Shown here: piece by piece, positions 27,406 through 37,071 of the stretch | Layout: every line of letters starts with the position of its first letter | Numbering within the stretch: position 1 is the stretch's first letter | Origin: an uncultured bacterium | GTDB lineage: Bacteria > Acidobacteriota > Thermoanaerobaculia > Multivoradales > JAHZIX01 | Reading direction: 5' to 3' | Assembly: GCA_965368975.1 (NCBI GenBank) | Contig: CBDUPA010000005.1 | Coordinates: 1 to 64,000 of the forward strand | Length of the DNA stretch: 64,000 nucleotides | Notes under the pieces: model-generated | What the model saw: the letters and a program-made list of their open reading frames with translations, nothing else | Told to the model about the DNA's origin: nothing | Databases searched by the model: none | Translations under genes and position numbers: made by a program

Positions 27406-27948
27406 TCAGTCCGATGTAGCTTGCCGGTATAGCTTGGTTACGGTTGTACTTGCGGGTTCGGAGTCAGGAGCGGTGGACTCGGCACTGAAAGCCTCCACGA
27501 CGACGCGGACGCCCTCGACTTCGCAGACTCGCACGGACTGTCCCGCGTCCAGGAATTCACTATCTGTGACCACGTCGATACGCCGGCCCGCGATCTCGGC
27601 GATGCCGGCGGGGCGCAGAGGCGACAGCGTGGTGCCGTGCTGGCCGAGTAGCTGAGCGAGGCTCTCGTCGGCCGACTTCCATTCGCTGGCATGCTCGTCG
27701 GCCAAGACGAGTTTGCGGCCTGCCCGTGAGTGGAAGACGGCACGCAGGCCGAGAACGGTGATGGCCACGCTGACCACGACGGCGCCGGCGCCCCAGCCAA
27801 TCCCCATGTCGAAGGCCCAGTTGCAGCCCACGATCACCACGATCACGCCGATGACGCCCAGGATGCCGCCGGGCACGAAGAGTTCAGCCAGGATCATCAG
27901 GTAGCCCAGAGCCAGAAGCCCGAGCACGGACAGCCAACCTTCAGGCAT
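27406..27948 (-). CDS. Short NfeD-family protein
   Basis: ELFVPGGILG TM region; G.TLSPLRPAG OB-fold C-terminus. Confidence 0.88.
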   Translation of the reverse strand: MPEGWLSVLGLLALGYLMILAELFVPGGILGVIGVIVVIVGCNWAFDMGIGWGAGAVVVSVAITVLGLRAVFHSRAGRKLVLADEHASEWKSADESLAQLLGQHGTTLSPLRPAGIAEIAGRRIDVVTDSEFLDAGQSVRVCEVEGVRVVVEAFSAESTAPDSEPASTTVTKLYRQATSD

Positions 27949-29464
27949 TGCGAACCTCCTTGGCTCCTTCGCCGCCGCGCTCGTCTCGAGCGCGCACGAT
28001 CACGCGACCGCCCTCGTGGCGCAGGACGGTCAGCGTGCTGCCGGTGTCGAGAAACTCACCTTCGGTCTGTACTTCCAGGCGCTGATCTCCGAAACGAGCC
28101 CGGCCGGCGGGGCGCAGGGGCGTCAGGGCAGTGCCGGTGGTGCCGGTTAGATCGGCGGTTTCGGTGACGTCGGCCTCGTGTGAAGCATAGCCTTCGCCCT
28201 TGTCCAGGTTCTTTCCCAGGAACAGGCCGCTGGCGTCGCCATGGGCCTCGGTGTCTTGAGGCAGCAGGCGGATCAAGAACAGCAGTACCACGAAGCCCAG
28301 CACCATCGATAGCGTTACTCGCTGCATGGCCTCGCGTGTCAGTGGGTTGTCGAAGCTCAGGTCGCTCCAGTCGCCAGCCATCAGCATCAGAGTACCGCTG
28401 GCCAGGATGCACAGCAGGCCCGCGACGCCGGCAAAGCCGAAGCCGGGCAGTACGAAGATCTCGACCACCAGCAGGATGACGCCGAGCAGAAACAGGATCA
28501 GCTCTTCCCAGCCGGCCAGGTTGACCAGGTAGTGGCTGAAGTAGAGCACCAGGAAGCAGGCCAGGGCACCGAAGCCGAAGACGCCGAAGCCGGGGGTCTG
28601 GTACTCGAGGTAGGCGAGCACGAACATCACCAGGAAGAGCACACCGGAGACGGCTGGGCTGGTCAGGAAGCCGACCAGGTTTTCTGACCAGTTGCTTTCC
28701 AGGGTGGACTGTTCGGCGTCGGCCAGGCCGAGGGTAGCGAGCAAGGCGTCGATGTCGTCGGCCTGCAGGTCGGCGATGCCGTGTTCTAGCGCGCTCCTGG
28801 TGCTCAGGGTCAGCAGCTTGCCGGCTGGGCTGATGCCCTCGATCTCTTTGTCTTCATCGACCATCGCTTCGGCGATGTCCGGGTTGCGACCGTTGGCTTC
28901 GGCGGTCGAGCGCATTTCTTCCCGGAAGTAGGAGACATACTTTTCGTCCACCGCGCTGGGCTCTTCGCCCGCCGGGCTCTGCGCCACGATCGCCGCCGCG
29001 CCGATGGTACCGCCAGGGCTGATGGCGATGGTGTCGCAGGCGAACGAGATCAGGGCCCCGGCGCTGATCGCACGCTTGTCGATGTAGACCACGGTGTGCA
29101 GGTCGGTGTCCAGCAACACGTCGCGGATCGCGACCGCCGAGATCACCGCACCGCCGAAGGTGTTGAGCTGTAGGACGAGGGTCTTGGCGCCCTGTTCTTC
29201 AGCCTGGCGAACGAGCCGCACGATATAGGCGCTGGCGACTTGGTTGATCTCGCCGTCGACCTCGCCGATCAGCACGGGGCCGTCGAGTTGCCGCTCGAAC
29301 TGTGAGCTGGGGTTTGCGTCATCGGAGGAGGTTGTCTCTGGAACGGGCGATACCTCGCCTCCGTCTCCCTGAGCGTGCGAATGCACCAGCGGTAGTCCGC
29401 TGATCCACAGCAGTGTCAGGAAGAACAGTGCCAGAGTGCGGGAGCGTCTCAGGTGTTGATGCAT
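27941..29464 (-). CDS. Long NfeD-family membrane-bound serine protease (ClpP class)
   Basis: LNTFGG, AISAGALIS, GTIGAA, EK..SY, AEAMVD, GKLLTL, PGFG TM region, TPLRPAG. Confidence 0.92.
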   Translation of the reverse strand: MHQHLRRSRTLALFFLTLLWISGLPLVHSHAQGDGGEVSPVPETTSSDDANPSSQFERQLDGPVLIGEVDGEINQVASAYIVRLVRQAEEQGAKTLVLQLNTFGGAVISAVAIRDVLLDTDLHTVVYIDKRAISAGALISFACDTIAISPGGTIGAAAIVAQSPAGEEPSAVDEKYVSYFREEMRSTAEANGRNPDIAEAMVDEDKEIEGISPAGKLLTLSTRSALEHGIADLQADDIDALLATLGLADAEQSTLESNWSENLVGFLTSPAVSGVLFLVMFVLAYLEYQTPGFGVFGFGALACFLVLYFSHYLVNLAGWEELILFLLGVILLVVEIFVLPGFGFAGVAGLLCILASGTLMLMAGDWSDLSFDNPLTREAMQRVTLSMVLGFVVLLFLIRLLPQDTEAHGDASGLFLGKNLDKGEGYASHEADVTETADLTGTTGTALTPLRPAGRARFGDQRLEVQTEGEFLDTGSTLTVLRHEGGRVIVRARDERGGEGAKEVRNA

Positions 29465-29657
29465 GCAAGTATTTCCGCGGCCGCAGGTTGGTCTGAATCA
29501 GAATACAACTCCAATCATACACCGGAAGGGTTTTGAAGATCCGCGTCATTTGCCCAGTCCCGACTGGGGTCGCTAGAATGGCACTTGATCGCGTCGACTC
29601 ACGGACGCATTCCCCTGCCAGATTTCAGCCGCCGGACACCAGGAGATCGAGCCTCGA

Positions 29658-30494
29658 ATGAACATCTACAAAGTCATGCCTAGCTTGAAGAAGAAGCGCC
29701 ACATGCACATCTGGCAGCAAGCCCAGAAGTCCATGTGGACCGCCGACGATCTGCAGTGGGACAAGCCTCACCGCATCACCAGCCGCAAGTTCCGCGACCA
29801 GATGTCCCGCATCTTGACGCCGGTGCTGATGGGCGAGCAAGCAGCGTTGTATTCGGTTTCCGGTCTGATTCCCGTGCTCGGACACCGGTCCGAGGTCGAG
29901 AGCCAGTTCTACCTGACCACCTGGGCGGTCGACGAAGCCCGGCATACGGAGCTGTTTGCCCGTTATTACGACCGTATCGACCGCGAACCGATGTCGATCC
30001 GTCGTGCTCCGGCCGGCTACCTCTTCCAGTCACAAATCACCTCCAAGGAGCCGGCCGAGTGGTTGGCCGGTGTGTTGGTCAGCGAGGTGCTGGCCAAGCG
30101 GATCATGGAGGAGTTCAAGCGCCTGGATCTGGACCCGGTGCTCAGCGATATCGCTGACGGCATTCTGGGCGACGAAGCGCGCCATTTGGGCTTCAATCAC
30201 ATCTACCTCGAGGACCACTTCTGCAGCCTGTATGTGAAGCAGGAAACCGAAGGGGTGAGCGCCTCGGACCATCTGCATTCACGGCTGCAGCGCGTGCTCG
30301 ACCACGTGCCACCCGTGTTCGAGCAGCTGGACAAGGAGCTGACGGAGATCGGCATCGATCATCATCAGGTTCTCGAGGAGGTGAGCGAGGAGGCCAAGCG
30401 GCGCCTGTCGCGGTCGATCAAGGCCGGCCGCCGGCTGGCTGATCGTGAGATCGAGCCCAGCAAGCTGGCGGAAGCAGAGTTGGTCGGCGCATGA
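29658..30494 (+). CDS. Ferritin-like diiron oxygenase/desaturase (AurF / acyl-ACP desaturase-like)
   Basis: AGGAG RBS; GEQAA, DEARH, SE, second DEARH (two ExxH motifs). Confidence 0.82.
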   Translation: MNIYKVMPSLKKKRHMHIWQQAQKSMWTADDLQWDKPHRITSRKFRDQMSRILTPVLMGEQAALYSVSGLIPVLGHRSEVESQFYLTTWAVDEARHTELFARYYDRIDREPMSIRRAPAGYLFQSQITSKEPAEWLAGVLVSEVLAKRIMEEFKRLDLDPVLSDIADGILGDEARHLGFNHIYLEDHFCSLYVKQETEGVSASDHLHSRLQRVLDHVPPVFEQLDKELTEIGIDHHQVLEEVSEEAKRRLSRSIKAGRRLADREIEPSKLAEAELVGA

Positions 30495-32236
30495 CGTCGC
30501 CATCGGGCTCCGGAACCGCAGCGTCCAGCGTAGTAGCAGCGTCCAAGACGATCGTACCGACAGACGGCCCCCGGACCCTGCCGGACGTTCTGCGGCACGC
30601 CGCGCGCCACTACCCGGAGCGCGGCGTCGCCATCTTCGACGGCCGTGGCCGCCACCACGAGCGACGCACCTATCCGGAGATGCTGGCGGCGGTCGAGCAG
30701 GCTGCCGGTCGTTGGGCGGCGCTGGGCGTCGAACCGGGCGAGCGCGTGCTGGTGTGCCTGACCAGTTCGTGGGAATGGATGGAAGCCTGGTTCGGGGCCG
30801 CCTTGCTCGGTGCGCTGCCGGTGGCCATCGCGCCGCCCGGCGCCATGGGTTCGTCAGAGGGATTCGTGCAGCGTCTCGACGATGTGCGCACGCGGTTGGG
30901 GGCGCGCTACCTGGTGTCCACCGACGCACTGCGCAAGGACGCCGAGCGCCTGGGGATCCCGCAGATTGCCGAGGCAGTGCTGACGCCCGAAGAGCTGAAG
31001 GCACTCACGCCGGAGCGCGTCGTCGCGCCACGCCCCGCCGAAGAAGACCTCGCCTTCCTGCAGTTGACCAGCGGTTCCACCGGCCACTCACGGGCGGTCC
31101 AGATCAGCCACCGATCCCTGCTACACAACTGTTGGTCGATCGATCACGTGATCGGCAAGCCGCACGGCAAGCTGGCCTCGGCGATGGCCGACTGCATGGT
31201 CTCGTGGCTGCCGTTACATCACGACATGGGCCTAGTCGGCTGCCTGTTCCAGTGCCTGACCCGCGGTCTCGACCTGTGGCTGCTGCGTCCTGAGAGCTTC
31301 CTGGCACGGCCGTTGGTCTGGTTGCAGAACCTAGGCGCGCATGGGGCCTCCTTCGCGCCGGCGCCGAACTTCGGCTATCAGCTGTGCGACGAGCGGCTGA
31401 CGGCCGACAAGCTCGACGGCATCGACCTGAGCCCCTGGTTCGCGGCCATGACCGGCGCCGAGATGGTGCGTGCCGAGACCAATGCGGCGTTCAGCGAGTT
31501 GACCGCACGCTGCGGCTTCCGGCCGGAGGCCTTCCGCCCATGCTTCGGCCTCGCCGAGGGAACGCTGTGTGTGACCATGGACACGCGGGGCCTGGGCACC
31601 CGCACCGTGCCGCTGCCCGCTGGCGGCGACAGCGGCATGGGGCTGACCGACATCGTGTGCGTTGGCGAGCCGATTCCGGACACCGAAGTACGCATCGTCG
31701 CGCCGGACGGCAGCACCCTGCCCGACGGGCAAATCGGCGAGGTACGGTCGCTCGGTCCGAGCAACTTCAGCGGCTATTACAATGACCCCGAGGCGACCGC
31801 CGAAGGTCTGAAAGACGGTTGGCTGTGCACCGGTGACCTCGGTTTCTTGAAGGATGGCGAGTTGTACATCGCGGGTCGTCTCAAGGACTTGCTGATCGTG
31901 CGCGGCCACAACCTGATGCCGCACGAGCTGGAGTGGCTGGCCGAGAGTGTGACGGGAGGTGGCGGTGCACTACGCTGCGGCGCTTTCTCGGTGGCGCAAG
32001 GCGCAGAGGGCGAGCAAGCTGTGCTAGTCGTCGAGACGACGGAGAAAGAGCCGGACGCCCTTGCCGCGCTCGACCACGACATCCGGCAGCGCGTTGGTCG
32101 CGCCCTCGGCATGACGCTCGCCGACGTCGCCTTCGTGCGCCGTGGCCGCATTCCCAAAACCACGAGTGGCAAGGTGCAGCGCCGCGAGCTACGGCGCCGC
32201 TATCTGGACGGCAAGGTCGAGCGACTCGGTTCCTGA
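30491..32236 (+). CDS. Fatty acyl-AMP ligase (FAAL)
   Basis: LAFLQLTSGSTG, SWLPLHHDMGLVG, APNFGY, FGLAEGTL, TGDLG, GRLKD, IPKTTSGKVQR; ATGA overlap with the upstream gene. Confidence 0.92.
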   Translation: MTSPSGSGTAASSVVAASKTIVPTDGPRTLPDVLRHAARHYPERGVAIFDGRGRHHERRTYPEMLAAVEQAAGRWAALGVEPGERVLVCLTSSWEWMEAWFGAALLGALPVAIAPPGAMGSSEGFVQRLDDVRTRLGARYLVSTDALRKDAERLGIPQIAEAVLTPEELKALTPERVVAPRPAEEDLAFLQLTSGSTGHSRAVQISHRSLLHNCWSIDHVIGKPHGKLASAMADCMVSWLPLHHDMGLVGCLFQCLTRGLDLWLLRPESFLARPLVWLQNLGAHGASFAPAPNFGYQLCDERLTADKLDGIDLSPWFAAMTGAEMVRAETNAAFSELTARCGFRPEAFRPCFGLAEGTLCVTMDTRGLGTRTVPLPAGGDSGMGLTDIVCVGEPIPDTEVRIVAPDGSTLPDGQIGEVRSLGPSNFSGYYNDPEATAEGLKDGWLCTGDLGFLKDGELYIAGRLKDLLIVRGHNLMPHELEWLAESVTGGGGALRCGAFSVAQGAEGEQAVLVVETTEKEPDALAALDHDIRQRVGRALGMTLADVAFVRRGRIPKTTSGKVQRRELRRRYLDGKVERLGS

Positions 32237-32262
32237 TCTCCACCAGGGCGGCGCAGCCATCC

Positions 32263-33654
32263 TCACCCCGCGATCGCCGCGGCGCTGGCCATGCCACCGT
32301 GCAGCGAGTTGATCACCCCAGGCGGCAGCGACATCGGCTTGATGCGCATGACCGACCCACCTGCGGTGTCACCGAAGCGGAAGATGCCCCAGACGGCGCG
32401 GCATTCGATGATGCCCTCATCCTTGTACTGCCACAAATAGGGCCGCGACTCGACCATCTCCTGCACCAGCAGGTCACCCTCGGCGCCTTCTTCGATCATC
32501 TTGCGCCACTCGTCGGCTTCCAGAGCGGCACCCGCGAAGACGTCACGGCCGGCGTGGCCGATGCATGGCTTGATCAGGAACTCGTCCTTGCGCTCGATCA
32601 CTAGGTCCAGCAGTGACTCCACCTTCTGACCGCGGTAGGTGCTGGGGCCGGCTTGCAAGCGCCGACTCCAAGGGATGTGACGACGGATGGTCTCGCGCTC
32701 GGCGGCGTCGAAGAGGTCCGGGTTGTCACCGTTCTCGGACAGCAACGCCAGGTTGCGCTTGTCGCTCTGTAGCATGTCCATCGGGCAGCCGAACCAGCGG
32801 AAGCGGCGCTTCTTGAACGCTTCGAGAACATGGGCCGGCGAATCGTAGACCGGCAGGCGGAAGATTAGGTGCAGACGATGTCCCATGAAGTAGAGATCGT
32901 CACCACGCTGCTCTACCTTCTCGAGATCGCGGAACACGAAGTAGTTGCCGGTCAGTCCCTCGCGGATGGTGCCAATGCGCTTGCGGAAGTCTTCGTTGAC
33001 CGCTTCCGGCTGCGGGTCTGGCTCCTCGGGTACACCCTCGAACCAGATGCCGATGTTGCACTCGTCCTCAATGTCCTCAGTGAAGCGCAGGGTCTCGCGG
33101 ATCATGTGCTCGAAGTAGAGCGCTTCGGTGTTCGGCGTCATGCCCTGCAGACCCTGCTGCTCCAGAAAAGTCGTCATCATCGGATGCCCGAGCAGGCCCA
33201 TGACGACGTAGCACATGTCGACCCCGGCCACCATCGGTGAGGAGTTGACCTCGACCAGCTTCCAGTCGTCCGGCGCCCACACCAGGTCGCTGCGCGTGAT
33301 GGCACCGGTCAGGCCGTAAGGCTTGCGCACGATGCCGCGCGCCGCCTCCTCGTCCATTGGATAGACTTGCATCAGCTTGTGCGGGTCGCTGTCGAACAGA
33401 CGTTCCGGGATGCTCTGGTTGAGGCGCAGAATGTCGGCCAGGATGCGCTGTGAGTCGTCGTAGCTGGCCTGACTCATCACCGGTGGCCAGCTCATCAGGT
33501 GCAGGCTGCGCTGTCCGGCCTGGCCGGCTGGGGTGCCGATCAATTCGTCGACCGGCTTGTGCCATTCGGGGTGGGCCTCCATGTACTCGAGGTAGGCGAG
33601 TCCATGGGGAGACAGGGCTTCGTGGCTGGCGCGGATCTCGGGCGTGATGTTCAA
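32263..33654 (-). CDS. Circularly permuted ATP-grasp / glutathionylspermidine-synthase-like amide ligase
   Basis: RSDL...WKLVEVN, SDKRNLALL, IPWSR, LIKP..G..G.DV..G, LVQE motifs. Confidence 0.75.
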   Translation of the reverse strand: MNITPEIRASHEALSPHGLAYLEYMEAHPEWHKPVDELIGTPAGQAGQRSLHLMSWPPVMSQASYDDSQRILADILRLNQSIPERLFDSDPHKLMQVYPMDEEAARGIVRKPYGLTGAITRSDLVWAPDDWKLVEVNSSPMVAGVDMCYVVMGLLGHPMMTTFLEQQGLQGMTPNTEALYFEHMIRETLRFTEDIEDECNIGIWFEGVPEEPDPQPEAVNEDFRKRIGTIREGLTGNYFVFRDLEKVEQRGDDLYFMGHRLHLIFRLPVYDSPAHVLEAFKKRRFRWFGCPMDMLQSDKRNLALLSENGDNPDLFDAAERETIRRHIPWSRRLQAGPSTYRGQKVESLLDLVIERKDEFLIKPCIGHAGRDVFAGAALEADEWRKMIEEGAEGDLLVQEMVESRPYLWQYKDEGIIECRAVWGIFRFGDTAGGSVMRIKPMSLPPGVINSLHGGMASAAAIAG

Positions 33655-33763
33655 GGCTGGCTCCTCCCAGAATAGATGTGGACGAGGGTCCGAGGTTTGG
33701 GCCTAAGATATAGTGCCCGCGCCCGCTTGTCATCCCTGTCCGAGAGGTGCCACCTTGGTTGCT

Positions 33764-35122
33764 TCAGCGTGGCCAGCGGAAGGCGACGATCGCTTCGAGT
33801 TCGCGCACGAACACTTGTTCACCAGCGACCGCGACGTGTCCCCAGGTCGAGGCCTGCGCGACCTCGCGGCGATCCTGCAGCTGGAAGGATTCCGGCGTCG
33901 CGCGCACCAGGAACAGCTCGCCGGCTTCGTTCAAGCCCAAGATCTGATCGTCTTGCCAGGTTAGGCTCCAGTACTTGCCCATTGACTGCGTCGTCCACTT
34001 GTCGGTGCCGTCACGCAGGTCGATGCAAGTAAGGCGACCGTTGCCCAGGTGCATGTAGATGTGGTCGTCGATCACCACCGGTGACGACATGTAGGCGGTC
34101 GACTTGTGCGTCCAGGTTTGTTCAGCGGACAGACTGCCGTGGGTGCCTTGGGTCGCTGCGGGTTGTTCGGCCAGGCTCAGCAAGTAGGAGCGTTCGCGCG
34201 AGGGGCTGGTGAAGACGGAATCCCCCCAGACAGCGGGAGTGAGGATGTGCATGCCGCGGAAGCTGGGCAGTTCCTGACCCCACAGTTCGTCGCCGGTTTC
34301 CGGGTCGAGACCGTGCATGGCCACTCGGGTCAGCACCAGCAGTTGTCTGCGTCCCGCCAGATCGGTCAGCACTGGCGACGAGAAGGCACCACTCATCATG
34401 ATGTCGCCCTGGCTCTCCAATCGCCGCCAGAGGGTTTCGCCGGTCCGCTTGTTCAGCTTGACCAGAGAATTGGCCGCTTGCACGAAGAGGGCATCGCCGT
34501 CCACCAGCGGTGAGCTGGCGAAGCCGAAGTCGGGGACCTTGGTGCTGAATCGAGCCGGAAAGTCGACGCGCCAGCGCTCTTCGCCGGTTTCGGCGTCGAG
34601 GGCCACGAGCAACTCGTTCATGCCGCCGACGTACAGCGTCTCGCCGTCGTAGGCTGGGGTGGCGCGGATCCAGTCGCCGTTGGCGGCGGCGAAGAAGGGA
34701 ACGGTACCCTTGCCCGGCCACGAGGCGGTCCACAGGATCTGCCCGGTGCGACGATCCAGGGCGTTGACCACTTCGGTGTCGCCGTTCTCGGTGCCGGCGA
34801 CGAAGACGCGTGTTTCGCTGACGATCGGCCCCGGATAGCCCTTGCCCAGCGGTACCCGCCACTGCTCGGTGAGTCCTTCCAGAGTCTCCGGCCAGTCGTC
34901 ACCGGTGACCTCGGCGTTGCGCTGCGGCCCGCGCCACTGGGGCCAGATTTGCGCCCAGGTGTCGACGGTGGGTGCCTGGGCTGCGCTCATCTCGATGTCG
35001 TCAGCACTGGCCCCTGCACTGGCCCCTGCACTGGCGCTAGCACTGGCCTGAGCACTGGCGGTGGATGGACAGAGCAGGAGCGGCAGGAGCAGCAGGGACG
35101 TCAGAAGCGACTTGTCGGGCAT
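33764..35122 (-). CDS. PQQ-like (BamB-type) beta-propeller repeat protein
   Basis: GAGGAG RBS, signal peptide, WPQWRGP, repeated ALD..TG...W, ASSP motifs. Confidence 0.88.
   Translation of the reverse strand: MPDKSLLTSLLLLPLLLCPSTASAQASASASAGASAGASADDIEMSAAQAPTVDTWAQIWPQWRGPQRNAEVTGDDWPETLEGLTEQWRVPLGKGYPGPIVSETRVFVAGTENGDTEVVNALDRRTGQILWTASWPGKGTVPFFAAANGDWIRATPAYDGETLYVGGMNELLVALDAETGEERWRVDFPARFSTKVPDFGFASSPLVDGDALFVQAANSLVKLNKRTGETLWRRLESQGDIMMSGAFSSPVLTDLAGRRQLLVLTRVAMHGLDPETGDELWGQELPSFRGMHILTPAVWGDSVFTSPSRERSYLLSLAEQPAATQGTHGSLSAEQTWTHKSTAYMSSPVVIDDHIYMHLGNGRLTCIDLRDGTDKWTTQSMGKYWSLTWQDDQILGLNEAGELFLVRATPESFQLQDRREVAQASTWGHVAVAGEQVFVRELEAIVAFRWPR
35003..35059. repeat. Intragenic 12-bp tandem repeat (GCACTGGCCCCT-like) encoding an ASA[QSG] linker
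   Basis: About 5 consecutive units containing GCACTGGC. Confidence 0.7.
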
Positions 35123-35202
35123 CGGGTTCTCCTCGAAGCGAGTTGTTGTCGCTGTGAGGTTTCGTTGCCGGTCCGTGCGCGGATGCAACCCCGGGTCGCT
35201 TC

Positions 35203-36372
35203 TCAGGGCGCGCTCTGGATCACCGTCGCCTCGATGGTGCGTCGTTCCTGAGCCAGCTCGAGGCCGAAGTCCTCGCGTAGCGCCTGGTCTAGTGAGTCGA
35301 ACGAGCCACGCTCCCAGGCGAGGTCGATCTCGTAGCGGCCCGCCAGTTCGGTCTCGTTGAGAACTGGCTGGCGCATGAGATTCTCGAGCAGGCTGGCGAG
35401 GGCTGAGAGTGACAAGTTCGATCCCTGGATGGCGTCCGAGCGGACGGTGGTGCGGCCACCGGAGACTCCAGGCGGCAGTTTGTCCTCGGCACCCGGGAGT
35501 GCGCGCAGGACGAGAACGTCCAGCTCACGGCTTTCCGGCACCGAAGTGAGGTCAAAGGTGTGTTCGACCGCCGCGCGCAGGAAAGGCGTCGCGTCGGTCT
35601 CTTCGCCGACATCGAAGAGGAAGTCGTAGGGCTCTTCGGGCAACTCGGCGTCGAGCAGCAAGCGCGCCGGGCTGACCTCGTAGGCATGGCGGAGCGCCGT
35701 GGCAACGGAAGCATTGAGCGCCCAGAATCGTCCGTGCCCTCCCGTCATCATGCGTCTGTCGGTTTGCGAGGCGGGGCGAATGATGGCTCGGAAGACGGGG
35801 GCCGACTCGAACGCACCTGCCAGTTCTTCGATCGTCATGCCCTCGCTAGCAAGGTCCTCGACCTGCGGGGCGTTGCCGGCGAGCAGGCCGCGGATGTGCT
35901 CCGCCTGCAGCAAGGCCGGGTGGGTTTGCCTCTGCAATCGGCCCTGGGCGTCGATCAAGAAGGTGCGAGGGATGCCGCGCACGCCGTAGGCATCGAAGGT
36001 CGAGCGGTCTGTATCGACCGCGACCAAGCCGGCCATCGGGTGCTTCTTCAGGAACCGGCGCGCGGTGCGTCGACCCTCGTCGGTAATCGAAAGGAAGACG
36101 ACATTCTCGTCGGTGAACTCCTCGGCCAACTCGTTCCAGTGCGGGATCGCATCGACGCAGGGTCCGCACCAGGTGGCCCAGAATTCGAGCACGACCGCCT
36201 TGCCCTCGAGCACGCCGGGGTCGAAATCGCCTTCGCCGCCCGAGATCAGCTCTTGCGGGGAAATCTCCGGTGCCTGGGTGCCGAAGTCGAGAGCGCTGGC
36301 CGGCGTGAGCCAAAGGCTCGCCGCTACGAGCAACAGTATTCCGAGAGAGGACGGGCAGGCGCTTCTGATCAT
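35203..36372 (-). CDS. TlpA-like redoxin fused to a TIGR03435-like domain
   Basis: FWATWCGPC and GIP.TFLID; C-half has AYEV, QPVLNETELAGRYEIDLAW, ALREDFGLEL. Confidence 0.8.
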   Translation of the reverse strand: MIRSACPSSLGILLLVAASLWLTPASALDFGTQAPEISPQELISGGEGDFDPGVLEGKAVVLEFWATWCGPCVDAIPHWNELAEEFTDENVVFLSITDEGRRTARRFLKKHPMAGLVAVDTDRSTFDAYGVRGIPRTFLIDAQGRLQRQTHPALLQAEHIRGLLAGNAPQVEDLASEGMTIEELAGAFESAPVFRAIIRPASQTDRRMMTGGHGRFWALNASVATALRHAYEVSPARLLLDAELPEEPYDFLFDVGEETDATPFLRAAVEHTFDLTSVPESRELDVLVLRALPGAEDKLPPGVSGGRTTVRSDAIQGSNLSLSALASLLENLMRQPVLNETELAGRYEIDLAWERGSFDSLDQALREDFGLELAQERRTIEATVIQSAP

Positions 36373-36453
36373 GGTGGTCTCCTGAGGATACGGCTGGTTA
36401 GCGCCGCCGCGACCTGGTGGCTGGTCCGATACGAAGTGCGGGAGTGCCCGTTC

Positions 36454-37041
36454 TTACGGAAAGACCTTGCGGTGCGTCCAGCCACCGTCGTCGCTCCGCC
36501 GGTAGACGGTTCGGTCGTGCAGGCGGAAGGTGCCAGCGACCCAGAATTCGAAGTAGTCCGGCACCATGCGCAGGCCGGACCAGTGCGGCGGTCGGGGCAC
36601 CTTGCGCGTCAGGTACTTGGCTTCGACCTTGGCGACCTCTTTCAGCAACTCGGCGCGGTTCTTCATCGGTCGGCTTTGCTTGGACGCCCAAGCACCGAGC
36701 TGGGAACCCCGCGCCCGGCTGGCGAAGTAGGCGTCGGCCTCGGCGTCGTCGACCAGCTCGGCGGCGCCTTCGATCACCACTTGTTGCTGCAGCTCGCGCC
36801 ACCAGAAGTTGAGGCTGACATACGGATGCGCCAGGATCTGTGTGCCCTTGCGGCTCTCGAGATTGGTGTAGAAGACGAAGCCGTGCTCATCGAAGGTCTT
36901 GAGCAGGACGACGCGCGTCGAGGGGCGGCCGTCGGGCCCGACGCTGGCGACGGTCATGGCGTTGGGGTCGTCGATGCCGGTGGCTTCAGCGGCGGCCATC
37001 ACCTTGGCGAAACGTTCGAAGGGGTTGTCGAGGACTTTCAT
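36454..37041 (-). CDS. pdxH: Pyridoxamine 5'-phosphate oxidase
   Basis: RVVLLK, FYTNLESRK, YFASRARGSQLGAWASKQS, RPPHWSG, EFW....RLHDR. Confidence 0.95.
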   Translation of the reverse strand: MKVLDNPFERFAKVMAAAEATGIDDPNAMTVASVGPDGRPSTRVVLLKTFDEHGFVFYTNLESRKGTQILAHPYVSLNFWWRELQQQVVIEGAAELVDDAEADAYFASRARGSQLGAWASKQSRPMKNRAELLKEVAKVEAKYLTRKVPRPPHWSGLRMVPDYFEFWVAGTFRLHDRTVYRRSDDGGWTHRKVFP

Positions 37042-37071
37042 GCCTGGCTCCTGAGAGCGACTCGGTACGCG

